A DNA stretch of 42,872 bases. Origin: a virus (lineage: Duplodnaviria > Heunggongvirae > Uroviricota > Caudoviricetes). The stretch covers positions 1 to 42,872 of the IMG/VR virus record IMGVR_UViG_2718217859_000008. The stretch is one strand, 5' to 3'. Positions within the stretch are counted from its first letter, which is position 1, and every line of letters starts with the position of its first letter. The position numbers and the translations under genes were made by a program. Positions 9,986 to 19,581 of the stretch are shown here, in pieces. The notes under the pieces are model-generated. The model was not told the DNA's origin and ran no database searches. It worked only from the letters and a program-made list of their open reading frames with translations.

Positions 9986-12525
9986 CGCCCACCTCCGGAG
10001 AACAGACCACCATCACGCATCTGCCCGGTCACGACATCCATTGCCGCCTTACGGGCTACGTCATAAACAGCCTTCAGCGCCTGTGGCCCTATCTGACCGT
10101 TCGTGCCGTCGTTATTAATCACCACATGGTTATTCTGCTCAAACTTCCCGGACGCCTGCGACCGACTGTCCGCCATGCTGCCCGGTGTACCGACATAACC
10201 GCCGGTGGCATAGCCGCGCATCAGCCGGTAAAGATTCCCCACGCCAATCCGGCTGGTTGCCTCCTTCGTGAAGACAAATTCACCACGGTGAACAATCCCC
10301 GCAGGCTCGTATTTGCCGCCAGTACCTGTAAAACCACCACCGGCAAACCCAATGGCACTACCGATACTCCCGACAATCCCCACCATTGCCTGCTTAAGCA
10401 GAATTTCTGTCATCATGGACAGCACGGAACGGGTGAAGCTGCGCCAGTTCTGTTCACTGCCGGTCAGCATCGCCGCCATATTCTGTGCAATACCGTCAAC
10501 GGTCTGCGTGGCCGCGCTTTTAACCTGCGAAAAACTGTCCATGGCACTTTCCGCCCACTCACCCCAGCCGGATTTCAGCCCGGCCATCCAGCTTCCACGA
10601 AGCTGCTCCTCCGCAGACCAGGTGTTCTTCAGTGCAGATGTGGCCTTCGCCAGCGCATCCGGATTATCACCGTACACGTCACGAAGGCGCTGCTCTTCCG
10701 ACTCCCGCTGCGCCTGACGGTCGGTGAGGCCGCGGGCTTTTGCGCTGATGGCGGCCTGCTTCGCGCTCTGCTGCTGTTCAAACCGCGCCGCCTGCTGTGC
10801 CAGCTCATTCAGCCGTTTCTGATGTTCAACCTTGTCGCCCAGGTCAGCCAGCTGGCGTTTGTACTCCAGCGTCTCGTCTTTATGCGCCAGCAGGGATTTC
10901 TCCTGTGCAGACAGCCGGCGACGTTGCGCCGCCTCCTCCAGTACCGCGAACTGACTCTCCGCCTTCCACAAATCCCGGCGCTGCTGGCTGATTTTCTCAT
11001 TCGCACCGGCATGCTTCTCCAGCGTCCTGAGCTCAGTTTCAAGCGCCAGCATGGCTGCATGCGCCCGGTCTTCCTGACGCTCCCCGGCTGACACTTTGAC
11101 ACCTGACGACTTCGGTTTTTTCAGCGTCGATTCATAATCCTTTTTCGCCGCCGCCATCAGCGTGTTGTAATCCGCCTGCAGGATTTTCCCGTCTTTCAGG
11201 GCCTTATTCAGCTCTTCCTGCCGGTCAGTATATTTCTCCAGTGGCGTCAGCAGGCGCTCATACGCCTTCTGCGCCTCTCCGGTATACTTCAGCTGTGACG
11301 CCTCACGCTCAGCCCGGTCCCTTGCCGCCAGTTCACCGGCTTTTTCCATATCCGACTGCAGCGTGGCTGCCGCCAGCCCCAGACGGGCATTTTCACGGTC
11401 ATCCCATGCACCCTGAAGGTTGGCACGGAAAGAGGAGGTCTTTCCCCGACGCTGACTCCGGCTCTGGTACCACTGCCATTTTTTATCCGCCTCATCAAAT
11501 GCCTTCTGCGCACTGGCGAGCATATCCGCTGAGGATTCAGGACGACCGATATCCAGGATGGCATCCCACATCAATTTGAATGCCTTCCCGGTTTTATCCG
11601 CCCAGGTTTCCAGCGTCCCCATGTTTTCTTTCAGGCGACGGGTCTGCTCATCAAAGCCTTTTGTGGCGATATCGTTCGCCGCCTGTAAGGCCCCTGCCTC
11701 ATCCCCCGAACGCTGCAGCTGCGCAACATACGCAATCTGCTCTGCCGTCACGTTACGGAACTGGCGCGCCATAGCCATCAGTCCCGACGTCGGGTCGGTG
11801 GTCAGCTTTCCAAAAGCCTCTGCAACCTTGTCCACTTCCACACCGGATGCAGAAGCAAAACGCGCCACACTCTGGTTGATGGCATCAAACTGTTCACCAC
11901 CACGCACACCGGCATTCACCAGGGCTGCCAGTGACTCACTCGCCTGGTTAAACGTCAGCCCTGCTGCCTGTCCGGCTCTGGAGAGCGTCAGCATGCGATC
12001 GGCAGTCAGTCCGGACTGATTACCGGAAAGAACCAGGGTTTTATTAAACGCTGAAAGCGTGGAATCCCCCTGGTACCAGGCATACGCCAGCGCACCTGTC
12101 GCCACCGCCAGCGAGGTGACCCCGACCATCGGCAGGGTGATCGCACCGGCAAGCCCCCTGAACATGGGGATCATCCCGCCGAAGGCGTCCTTCACCTGAC
12201 CGCCCTGTTGCAGCAGGATCAGCCAGGGATTCTGACCACCGGCAAGCTGCGTGGCGATATCCGTAAACTGTGCAGGCAGGGTACGCATGGCCGCTTTATA
12301 CTGCCCGACGGAAATCCCGGCTTTTTGTGCAGCCAGCGCCTGACGGCTCAGCCCCTGTTCAACGGCAGTGGCCTGTTTCTTAAAAGACTGGCTGACACGC
12401 CCGGCCATCAAATCCGCAAGGTCACTGGTTTCACCCAGTTCTTTCTTTACCCGTGCAGCCTCTTCAGAAAAACGGGTTGAATCCAGTGTAAGAACAGCTG
12501 TCAGATCGGCAAAATTACCCGCCAT
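9982..12525 (-). CDS. H: tail tape measure protein H
   Basis: About 850 aa, largely collinear with lambda gpH as recalled; ATG at 12523-12525 preceded by AGGAGG (the track start at 12534 is GTG). Confidence 0.95.
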   Translation of the reverse strand: MAGNFADLTAVLTLDSTRFSEEAARVKKELGETSDLADLMAGRVSQSFKKQATAVEQGLSRQALAAQKAGISVGQYKAAMRTLPAQFTDIATQLAGGQNPWLILLQQGGQVKDAFGGMIPMFRGLAGAITLPMVGVTSLAVATGALAYAWYQGDSTLSAFNKTLVLSGNQSGLTADRMLTLSRAGQAAGLTFNQASESLAALVNAGVRGGEQFDAINQSVARFASASGVEVDKVAEAFGKLTTDPTSGLMAMARQFRNVTAEQIAYVAQLQRSGDEAGALQAANDIATKGFDEQTRRLKENMGTLETWADKTGKAFKLMWDAILDIGRPESSADMLASAQKAFDEADKKWQWYQSRSQRRGKTSSFRANLQGAWDDRENARLGLAAATLQSDMEKAGELAARDRAEREASQLKYTGEAQKAYERLLTPLEKYTDRQEELNKALKDGKILQADYNTLMAAAKKDYESTLKKPKSSGVKVSAGERQEDRAHAAMLALETELRTLEKHAGANEKISQQRRDLWKAESQFAVLEEAAQRRRLSAQEKSLLAHKDETLEYKRQLADLGDKVEHQKRLNELAQQAARFEQQQSAKQAAISAKARGLTDRQAQRESEEQRLRDVYGDNPDALAKATSALKNTWSAEEQLRGSWMAGLKSGWGEWAESAMDSFSQVKSAATQTVDGIAQNMAAMLTGSEQNWRSFTRSVLSMMTEILLKQAMVGIVGSIGSAIGFAGGGFTGTGGKYEPAGIVHRGEFVFTKEATSRIGVGNLYRLMRGYATGGYVGTPGSMADSRSQASGKFEQNNHVVINNDGTNGQIGPQALKAVYDVARKAAMDVVTGQMRDGGLFSGGGR

Positions 12526-12919
12526 AGCGTACACCTCCTGGAATTCCCTCAGACACCATCATCAGCATGGCTTCATCCTCTGTACTGCTCCGCATGTCAT
12601 CACTGACCGTAACGATTTCCTTCCCGTCAGCCCCAAAGCGGACACCACCAGAAAGTCCTGCCGCTTTCCGCATCAGCATATCGTCCTCATCCGGCATCTC
12701 CGTCTGCTCATCATCACGTCGGGGTGCAAGCAGACTGAAATCCGCCGGATGCATATCCGGATCGCAAAAAAACAGGCTGAGTACGGTGTACGTCAGCCCG
12801 GAAAAATGCATATCCAGCTGGGTATCGTGAAAATAATGCGTGCGGTAAAAACGGTGCCAGTCGGCATATTCGGTGGATGTCATCCCGGCAAGCATGGTGC
12901 GCCAGTCAGGCCTCCCCAT
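12515..12919 (-). CDS. T: T reading frame of the G-T tail assembly chaperone, reached by -1 frameshift from G
   Basis: Frame continues from the slippery heptamer GGGAAAG at the 3' end of G; translation MGRPDWRTML follows in the -1 frame. Confidence 0.8.
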   Translation of the reverse strand: MGRPDWRTMLAGMTSTEYADWHRFYRTHYFHDTQLDMHFSGLTYTVLSLFFCDPDMHPADFSLLAPRRDDEQTEMPDEDDMLMRKAAGLSGGVRFGADGKEIVTVSDDMRSSTEDEAMLMMVSEGIPGGVRYGG

Positions 12920-12945
12920 CTCACGCGCCAGTCTGAGGGCAAAAT

Positions 12946-13377
12946 TCAGCTCGCCGTCGAAGACTTTCCCGCAGAAAAATCATCATCAGTAAGCGCATTA
13001 TTTTTCGCCACTTCGGTGATATCCGTATCCACATGAACAGGCTCACTCATCCCGGACAGGCACAACACCACTTCTTCCGCCCGGGCAACGGCATCGGCAG
13101 GCCAGGTGGTGAGCACTTCCTGCTCTATCTTCATCACGGCCTCATTCATTGACGGTGACTGCGTTTTCTGTGGATGGTTATGCCACAGGGACATCGCCAC
13201 CAGAAACGCCCCGGTTCTGACAAGGTCTTCCACGCTCACCTGCAGGTTGCCGCTGACTTCAGCCTCTTCTGCCCGCCGTTTCAGGAGGGCAAGATGCTCA
13301 ATACGCTGCAGCGCAGACAGCTCAGAAAGCGTGACAGACACACCGTTATATTCAAATTGTTCTGTTTTCAGAAACAT
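12946..13377 (-). CDS. G: tail assembly chaperone G
   Basis: 143 aa, MFLKTEQFEYNGVSVTLSELSALQRIEHLAL matches lambda gpG as recalled. Confidence 0.9.
   Translation of the reverse strand: MFLKTEQFEYNGVSVTLSELSALQRIEHLALLKRRAEEAEVSGNLQVSVEDLVRTGAFLVAMSLWHNHPQKTQSPSMNEAVMKIEQEVLTTWPADAVARAEEVVLCLSGMSEPVHVDTDITEVAKNNALTDDDFSAGKSSTAS
12964..12970 (-). other. programmed -1 ribosomal frameshift slippery site GGGAAAG (G to G-T)
   Basis: Minus-strand GCGGGAAAGTC immediately before the G stop; the same heptamer and position as lambda G/GT. Confidence 0.8.
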
Positions 13378-13392
13378 GCTTTATCTCCCCTC

Positions 13393-14142
13393 TCAGCCTG
13401 AAGCGCCATCCGTGACGGTGATCTCCGCCACCGCCGCAAACTCACCATTGCCGGTGACAACAGGGATCTGCGCTTTACCTGCCGCAATACCTTTCACCGT
13501 GATCGTGTTCCCTTTCACAGTAATGGTCGCAAAATTCTGATTCGCCGACGTGGCGCGGAAGGTTTTATCCGTCGCCCCTTCCGGCTGAACAGCCACGGTC
13601 AGGGTGATATTCTGACCTTTTGCCACATTGCCCGTTGGTGGCGTCACGGTAATACCGGTGACCGGTGTGATGTCCCCCTGATCTTCCGCCAGCGACGGAC
13701 GGCCGATATTGGTGATCTTAACGGTACGGGTGATCACCTCTCTGGCGGTCACCGCTTTACCAATGGCGCTCACCCAGCCACGGAACACATCCACCGTGCC
13801 GTTCGGGAAACGGATTTTGTAGGCCCGGGTCTCACTGCTGTCAAACCAGGCGATCAAATCGCGCTGCCCTTTCTCGCCCGGCTTCCAGGCCAGCGTAAAA
13901 CTGGTGTCACCGGCAGATTTCTGCCCCTGCCCGGTGGATACCCAGTCAGCATCCTCATCATCCAGATAGTTATCATCGTAGGATTCTGCCGTCATCTCGC
14001 CGGGGGTCAGATCCTTTATTTTTGCCAGGCGCGTCCACTCATCGTCTGACAACGGGTTGGCATAAGCATCACCAGTGCCGGTGTACACCCATAGTGTGGT
14101 GCCGGAACCTTTCACCGGCTCAAGAGGATTTGGTATTGCCAT
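13393..14142 (-). CDS. V: major tail tube protein V
   Basis: 249 aa, lambda gpV-like; C-terminal Ig-like region ([20 protein letters not shown]). Confidence 0.9.
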   Translation of the reverse strand: MAIPNPLEPVKGSGTTLWVYTGTGDAYANPLSDDEWTRLAKIKDLTPGEMTAESYDDNYLDDEDADWVSTGQGQKSAGDTSFTLAWKPGEKGQRDLIAWFDSSETRAYKIRFPNGTVDVFRGWVSAIGKAVTAREVITRTVKITNIGRPSLAEDQGDITPVTGITVTPPTGNVAKGQNITLTVAVQPEGATDKTFRATSANQNFATITVKGNTITVKGIAAGKAQIPVVTGNGEFAAVAEITVTDGASG

Positions 14143-14149
14143 ATCGTCC

Positions 14150-14548
14150 TCACATCTCGTAGGTAATTTTCCACAGGAGATCTGCCGATCCCCACATCAT
14201 AAACTCATCATCCCGGCGGTAGTCATACCCCTGAAGATTCATCTTCAGCAGTAACGCACTGAGGCCGGGAACCGCCTCCAGCGCAGGAAGGATTTTCTCT
14301 TCCATCCACATATCCAGTGCCGAGTCCGGTTCTTTTGCCCTGAGAAAAACTTCAATATGCAGTGTCGCCTCCCAGGTCCCCTCATCAACGAACTCGTCAG
14401 CAGCAGACGCATCAGTCAGGTAAACAGCAACAGCAGGTAGTTCCTGTTCATCAATAAAAACCGGGCGGCCGTCAAACCAGCTCACCCGCTCAGAAATATT
14501 TTCTTTCAGGGCAGACAGAACTGCCGCCCGTATTTCACGGTGTTTCAT
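14150..14548 (-). CDS. U: tail terminator protein U
   Basis: 132 aa, [29 protein letters not shown], lambda gpU-like. Confidence 0.9.
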   Translation of the reverse strand: MKHREIRAAVLSALKENISERVSWFDGRPVFIDEQELPAVAVYLTDASAADEFVDEGTWEATLHIEVFLRAKEPDSALDMWMEEKILPALEAVPGLSALLLKMNLQGYDYRRDDEFMMWGSADLLWKITYEM

Positions 14549-14560
14549 ACACCCTCCCTG

Positions 14561-15184
14561 TCATTTTCTTTTCAGCACCAGGCGTAACTGATGCGTCATG
14601 GCTTTCATCATCTGTTCCGGTAATTTCTCCCGGTACATCCGGTCACGTTCGCGCTCAAAGGTTTCCGCCAGCGGTCTGGCCGTCGGTATTTTCACCACTT
14701 CGATCGGCAGACGGTGGCGTTTCGGCCTCCCTTTGCTGTCCGCGCCGGTGGACGATGATGCCCACGGCATACGCTGCATCACATGCCACCGGCCATTTTC
14801 CAGCCGGGTAATAAAAGCATTCGGGATCCGCCGTTTCCCGACAATCAGCACACTGCCACCGCCTTTCGTGACCGAACGCTCACCTTTCTTTCGCCGCTTT
14901 CTGCGGGAAAGCCGCACGCTGGCCGTCCCCAGTTTTATGACGGGCAGATTACCGGTGTTGATGATGACCTTCGCATAAACCCTGTCTGCGCTGGCCCGTT
15001 GCAGGCGGATACGCTCACGGATGAGACGGCGTGGGACCGCCAGCTCCCGGGCAACCGAAGAGGCCGTTTTCGCGATGATGGACTCCGCCACACGATTAAG
15101 CGTCGTGGCGGCAGCCCGGGGAACGGCACGGCGGTTAATCGCATCCAGATTTTTCATGGCCTGCGCCAGACCTTTTATCGCCAT
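14561..15184 (-). CDS. Z: tail completion protein Z
   Basis: 207 aa in the gpZ position between FII-like and U; MAIKGLAQAMKNLDAINRRAVPRAA. Confidence 0.8.
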   Translation of the reverse strand: MAIKGLAQAMKNLDAINRRAVPRAAATTLNRVAESIIAKTASSVARELAVPRRLIRERIRLQRASADRVYAKVIINTGNLPVIKLGTASVRLSRRKRRKKGERSVTKGGGSVLIVGKRRIPNAFITRLENGRWHVMQRMPWASSSTGADSKGRPKRHRLPIEVVKIPTARPLAETFERERDRMYREKLPEQMMKAMTHQLRLVLKRK

Positions 15185-15186
15185 AC

Positions 15187-15468
15187 TTATTCCTGTTCGA
15201 CAAAAATCCGGGGATTACCGTTGTACGTGTCATAACGGGTCACCACCAGTGAGCGACCGTCAAACACAACCACATCATCGCGGGCCGGCCGGTACTGCGC
15301 TGAAAACACCACCAGTGACAACTGACTGCCGGAAAGCGCCCCCATATCCGCAGACTCATACTCCGGTATCACGTCATACACTACGCCGTTAATCTCCGCC
15401 GTTTTCCCCATCATGCGTACGGTCGCCAGGTCCATCCGGCTGCACATTCGCGCAAACAGATCAGGCAT
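15187..15468 (-). CDS. putative head-tail joining protein (FII position, 93 aa)
   Basis: ATG at 15466-15468 overlaps the stop of the upstream gene (ATGCCTGA); positional assignment only; not lambda FII-like by recall. Confidence 0.45.
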   Translation of the reverse strand: MPDLFARMCSRMDLATVRMMGKTAEINGVVYDVIPEYESADMGALSGSQLSLVVFSAQYRPARDDVVVFDGRSLVVTRYDTYNGNPRIFVEQE

Positions 15469-15787
15469 TGATTTTAACCGCCACCGTGGTGGTGCCTGAC
15501 GGCGCATGCTCCCATGCCATTCCCGCCGCCACTGCACCGTCTGCGGCAGGCTGCACAGTCCCGTCCTTCAGATAAACCGCCACACCGGCCTGAATATCGT
15601 CGGCAGACTGTTTGGGCAGCAGGAACACGCCTTCGGCGAACCCGTCACCGGTCTCCCCGGCAGGAATATCGGTAATGGTCACTGCCACCATGCTGCCAAC
15701 CACCACAGCGGCACCGCTCAGAATGGTCTGATCCCCGGCATTCACCAGCTCAATGGTGGTGCCGTCCTGTACAAAATTTTTAGCCAT
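15461..15787 (-). CDS. putative head decoration/cement protein (108 aa)
   Basis: ATG at 15785-15787 (MAKNFVQDGTTIEL); Gly/Ala/Val-rich small protein directly 3' of the capsid gene; family assignment (DUF2190-like) is from memory. Confidence 0.45.
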   Translation of the reverse strand: MAKNFVQDGTTIELVNAGDQTILSGAAVVVGSMVAVTITDIPAGETGDGFAEGVFLLPKQSADDIQAGVAVYLKDGTVQPAADGAVAAGMAWEHAPSGTTTVAVKINA

Positions 15788-15873
15788 AATGCTGTCTCTC
15801 CGGACAGCCCCCGGGGGGCTGTTTTCAGGCATAAAAAAAGCCCTTTCGGGCAGTGATTGTGATAACGCGGTTA

Positions 15874-17853
15874 TCAGGCCACCGACGAACGCACCAGTCC
15901 GCGCCAGTCAAGTGGTGCCACACCGGCATCAATACGGATTTTTGTGGCAATACCGTCAGTGGTGAAACCTTCCTGCTGATCAATGTATGGCGTGTCCACA
16001 CCATCCAGCCAGGCCACTTCAATGGTGTCGGTGCCCTGTGCCGCCGCCAGATACCAGGTTTTCGGATCTGCCGCATCAAGACGCGCTTCCGCAATCACCT
16101 CAGCAAAGTTCTGGATAGGGTTAATGACACCGGCGTTTGCATCCGCCCCTTTCACACTGGCCGATTTGATGGTCTGGTTCGCCACCGTCTCCAGTGCCAC
16201 CGGTACCAGCATAAAGGACGGACGGATATTCAGGGCGCGATCGCCTTCTTTCTGCAGGCGCATCATCTGACGGGCCGCATCCAGTCCGGAAACGGAGATC
16301 CCGCCGGTGGCAATATTTTTGTGATCGGCATGGAACAGCGCCTTACCGTCTGACAGTTTCGGGTTATCCGTCAACACCTTGTAGACCAGGTCACCAATCG
16401 TTGCCTTCGCCGCACGCCCCATCTTCATCGGCACGTCAACCAGCATATTCAGGTCATCATTGATAATGGCCTGGCGGGTGATGGAGAAAATCTCCCCGTA
16501 AGTGGCCAGAGCAATGGTCTCCTTGCGATCTGAGGTGGTGATGTATTTATACTCCGCCCCTTCACGAACCTGACGCAGAGAACCAAAACCGCCCATCCCC
16601 ACGCGATACGCTGTTTTGAAGTCTGACAGGCGTCCCTTACGGGTCCACTTCTGGAAGGTTTCTTCTGATTCCTCCCAGCCCTGGATCAGCCCCTTGTTCG
16701 ACACATCCAGCAGAATATTGCCAAAATCAGAGGTGCTGTGCGTCAGCGCCAGCCCGACCATCTGCATGGGGTTATAACTGGCCACCCCAATACCACGCTC
16801 GGTCAGTGACATGCGAGCCCATTCACGCAGGGTCATCCCGTTATAGACATTATCCTTCTCGACATTTTCAAATCCGGCACGGGCCAGCATCGCCTGGCGG
16901 ATCCCGTCTCCCACAAAATTGCCGTTTCCGGCATAAATATGGGCCGGTGTGTTTTTGTTGGTCGGCGAGGACTCCTTGCCCATTTCATTCAGAAGGCGCT
17001 CGCGGGCCATTTCCAGCGAACAGTCAGGATCGGCCACACACTGCGCCTGAAGCGCCTGATAGCGCCCGCCAAACATGGCAAACAGATCGTTAATGCCTGA
17101 CATGCGGGCTTTCTGCTCAGCCATAACGCGGGCGCGAATGGTCGCCTCATCAGACACTGCCGGTACCGGTGATGGTTCTGTTACCGCCGGTGCAGGGATT
17201 GTCACTGTGGTATCACGCGGGGCACTGTTGTGTGGCTGCGTGATCATATTTCGGATGGATTCCGGCATCTTTTTAAATTCCTCTGTACGTTTTGACTGAA
17301 TACATGCCATTGCCTTAACGGCTGGCGTCACCTGGTCAGCAAATCCGTGTGCCAGACACTCGGCACCGGACATCCAGGTCTCATCCGCCAGCATGGCGGA
17401 AATTTCATCGGTGGTTTTTCCGGTTTTCTGCGCATATACCGGCACCATAACCGACTCAAGTTTGTCCAGACGTTCGGCATAAGTGCGCATTTTCTCCGCA
17501 TCACCACCGCTGATCCCCCAGGGTTTATGGATCATCATGAAGGCATTTTCCGGCATAATGACCGTGTCACCGGCCATCGCAATCAGGGATGCCATCGAGG
17601 CGGCAACGCCATCCACATACACGGTAATGGCCGCACCGTGATTTTTCAGGGCATTAAAAATGGCGATGCCTTCAAAGACATCGCCACCCGGTGAGTTGAT
17701 GTGGAGATTAATGTGGGTGATATCACCCAGGGCATTCATATCGCTGACAAACTGCTTCGCGGTGACGCCCCAGAAACCAATCTCATCATAAATATAAATA
17801 TCCGCCTCACCCTGACCACCCGCCTGCATCCTGAACCAGGATTTATTCTTCAT
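15874..17853 (-). CDS. fused prohead protease (ClpP/S49-like) - scaffold - major capsid protein
   Basis: Single ~659-aa ORF; N-terminal protease-like region (GGDVFEGIAIFNALK, VDGVAASMASLIAMAGD) and long C-terminal capsid-like region; ATG at 17851-17853 overlaps the portal stop. Confidence 0.7.
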   Translation of the reverse strand: MKNKSWFRMQAGGQGEADIYIYDEIGFWGVTAKQFVSDMNALGDITHINLHINSPGGDVFEGIAIFNALKNHGAAITVYVDGVAASMASLIAMAGDTVIMPENAFMMIHKPWGISGGDAEKMRTYAERLDKLESVMVPVYAQKTGKTTDEISAMLADETWMSGAECLAHGFADQVTPAVKAMACIQSKRTEEFKKMPESIRNMITQPHNSAPRDTTVTIPAPAVTEPSPVPAVSDEATIRARVMAEQKARMSGINDLFAMFGGRYQALQAQCVADPDCSLEMARERLLNEMGKESSPTNKNTPAHIYAGNGNFVGDGIRQAMLARAGFENVEKDNVYNGMTLREWARMSLTERGIGVASYNPMQMVGLALTHSTSDFGNILLDVSNKGLIQGWEESEETFQKWTRKGRLSDFKTAYRVGMGGFGSLRQVREGAEYKYITTSDRKETIALATYGEIFSITRQAIINDDLNMLVDVPMKMGRAAKATIGDLVYKVLTDNPKLSDGKALFHADHKNIATGGISVSGLDAARQMMRLQKEGDRALNIRPSFMLVPVALETVANQTIKSASVKGADANAGVINPIQNFAEVIAEARLDAADPKTWYLAAAQGTDTIEVAWLDGVDTPYIDQQEGFTTDGIATKIRIDAGVAPLDWRGLVRSSVA

Positions 17854-19345
17854 GCTGGCTGTCGGTGGCCTGCTGACGCTGTTGTTCAGTTCCGGCACTG
17901 TTGCCTCCTTTGTCGTTAGCGGGGTCAGTATCAAAGACCAGCCCCAGCCTGCGGTTTTCCTCAGTTTCAGCCTTACGGCGACGTTTGACCTCATCCGGGT
18001 TGCGCCCGCCTGCGCGGATCCAGTCGGATTCCGTCGCGGCACCCCCCCGGATCTGTATCCGCCAGGCTTCAGCCTCCTTAACCGGGTCGATCCACGGCAT
18101 CACCGGACCGGAATACGTCGCGTTATATAGCGTCTTCATCTCCACATCCGCCGGAATTTTCAGCAGACCTGCCGCAACCACCATATTCAGCCATGTCCGG
18201 TACACCGGGCGGGTTACCGCGCCAATAAAACAGTCCTGCAGGATCAGGTAACCATCCGTGGACTCGACCAGCTCCTGCCGCTGGGCGCTGTAGGTGCCGT
18301 TATAGTTACGCGCCGCACTGGAAAAACTCAGACGACTGCCAGCTGCCACTGCACGCAACTGGCCGTTGCGGAAAGTTTCAAGGTTGGGATTGGGACGATC
18401 GGATTTGACCATGCCGATATCCTCGCCCTTGCGCAAATCGTCATAAATAATCCCCGGGGTGATATGGACTTCCCGCTCGGTTTCTTTGATCCCCGGATCT
18501 TCATAGTCCTGTCCGTCACCTTTACGGATATACAGTCCCAGCGCCGCAGCAATACGCGCCGCTGTCAGTTCCGCATCCTCATACTCCTTAAGGGCACTGA
18601 TCCGCATCAGCACCCCCGATAACATGGATGAGCCTCGCGTCTGATGCAGACGACGAGTGAACTTCAGGTGGATCATTTTTCCGGCGGCGATTTCTTTCGT
18701 ATCACTCTGCCGGCCGCTGACCGGATAATTTTTATAAACCAGATATTTTTTCGGCCTGCCCCACTCATCAAGAAAAACCCCCTGATTCAGCCCGGCGGAT
18801 TCATCACTGCGCATGGGAACAAAATCCGGCTCCATCGCTTCAAGCCAGAATGGCACTCCCGCCGTCCGTTCCAGACCGTTTCCCGCACCGCTGACCATCT
18901 GCGCAAACACTTCACCATCCCGCAGCCAGGTCCGCAGCAGTAAACGCTCAAGCACGGGACGGGTATACTGCCCTGTCACATCCGGACTCACGGACCATTC
19001 AGCCCACAACCGGCGGATATCCGCAGCCAGCTCTGCCGCCATTTCCCCATTTTTTCGTAATGGCTGAGGCTCCACAGTAATTCCTCTGGCACCAATCACC
19101 CGCTCTTCAAGCTTGTCAAACACACCAATCACCAGGTCATGATTGATATCCAGAAAACGGGCCTGCTCCCGCAGGGAAACCGCGCCATATTTACTGAGTT
19201 GATCAGCAGATCGATTTTCACGCCGGGCTTTATGTGTCCGGGTCGGTTTCACCGCCTCATAGGCCATGATTAACGCCCTTGAACGCAGTCTGGCCGCTTT
19301 CCAGCCTGGAGAGAACACGCCTATCACATCATCAATAATTGCCAT
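17843..19345 (-). CDS. portal protein
   Basis: 500 aa between W and the protease-capsid gene; ATG overlaps the W stop; lambda-family portal by position and size. Confidence 0.85.
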   Translation of the reverse strand: MAIIDDVIGVFSPGWKAARLRSRALIMAYEAVKPTRTHKARRENRSADQLSKYGAVSLREQARFLDINHDLVIGVFDKLEERVIGARGITVEPQPLRKNGEMAAELAADIRRLWAEWSVSPDVTGQYTRPVLERLLLRTWLRDGEVFAQMVSGAGNGLERTAGVPFWLEAMEPDFVPMRSDESAGLNQGVFLDEWGRPKKYLVYKNYPVSGRQSDTKEIAAGKMIHLKFTRRLHQTRGSSMLSGVLMRISALKEYEDAELTAARIAAALGLYIRKGDGQDYEDPGIKETEREVHITPGIIYDDLRKGEDIGMVKSDRPNPNLETFRNGQLRAVAAGSRLSFSSAARNYNGTYSAQRQELVESTDGYLILQDCFIGAVTRPVYRTWLNMVVAAGLLKIPADVEMKTLYNATYSGPVMPWIDPVKEAEAWRIQIRGGAATESDWIRAGGRNPDEVKRRRKAETEENRRLGLVFDTDPANDKGGNSAGTEQQRQQATDSQHEE

Positions 19346-19581
19346 TAAAACCTCGCCAGTTTAAATCCCGGTTTTCCCCGCCTGCGGCTCACCATCGCGG
19401 CAAGCCTGCGTTCCCACTCCTGACGTCCGGCGCGGATCTGAGAAAGGCTTTCCAGCGTCAGTTGCTGTCCGTTGAAGGTGACAGACTTCCCCTCCAGTAC
19501 GGCCATTTCCGCTTCACGGTACCGCTGTATCATCTCTCTGGCTTCTTCTGTGCTCACAACCAGCCTCCTGATGTTATCCAT
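19345..19581 (-). CDS. W: head-tail connector protein W-like
   Basis: 78 aa between terminase large subunit and portal; C-terminal RRRGKPGF resembles lambda gpW as recalled. Confidence 0.65.
   Translation of the reverse strand: MDNIRRLVVSTEEAREMIQRYREAEMAVLEGKSVTFNGQQLTLESLSQIRAGRQEWERRLAAMVSRRRGKPGFKLARF

Noticed and set aside
10126-11091. 321-aa plus-strand ORF
   Set aside because: Antisense to the tape measure gene H; no supporting start context.
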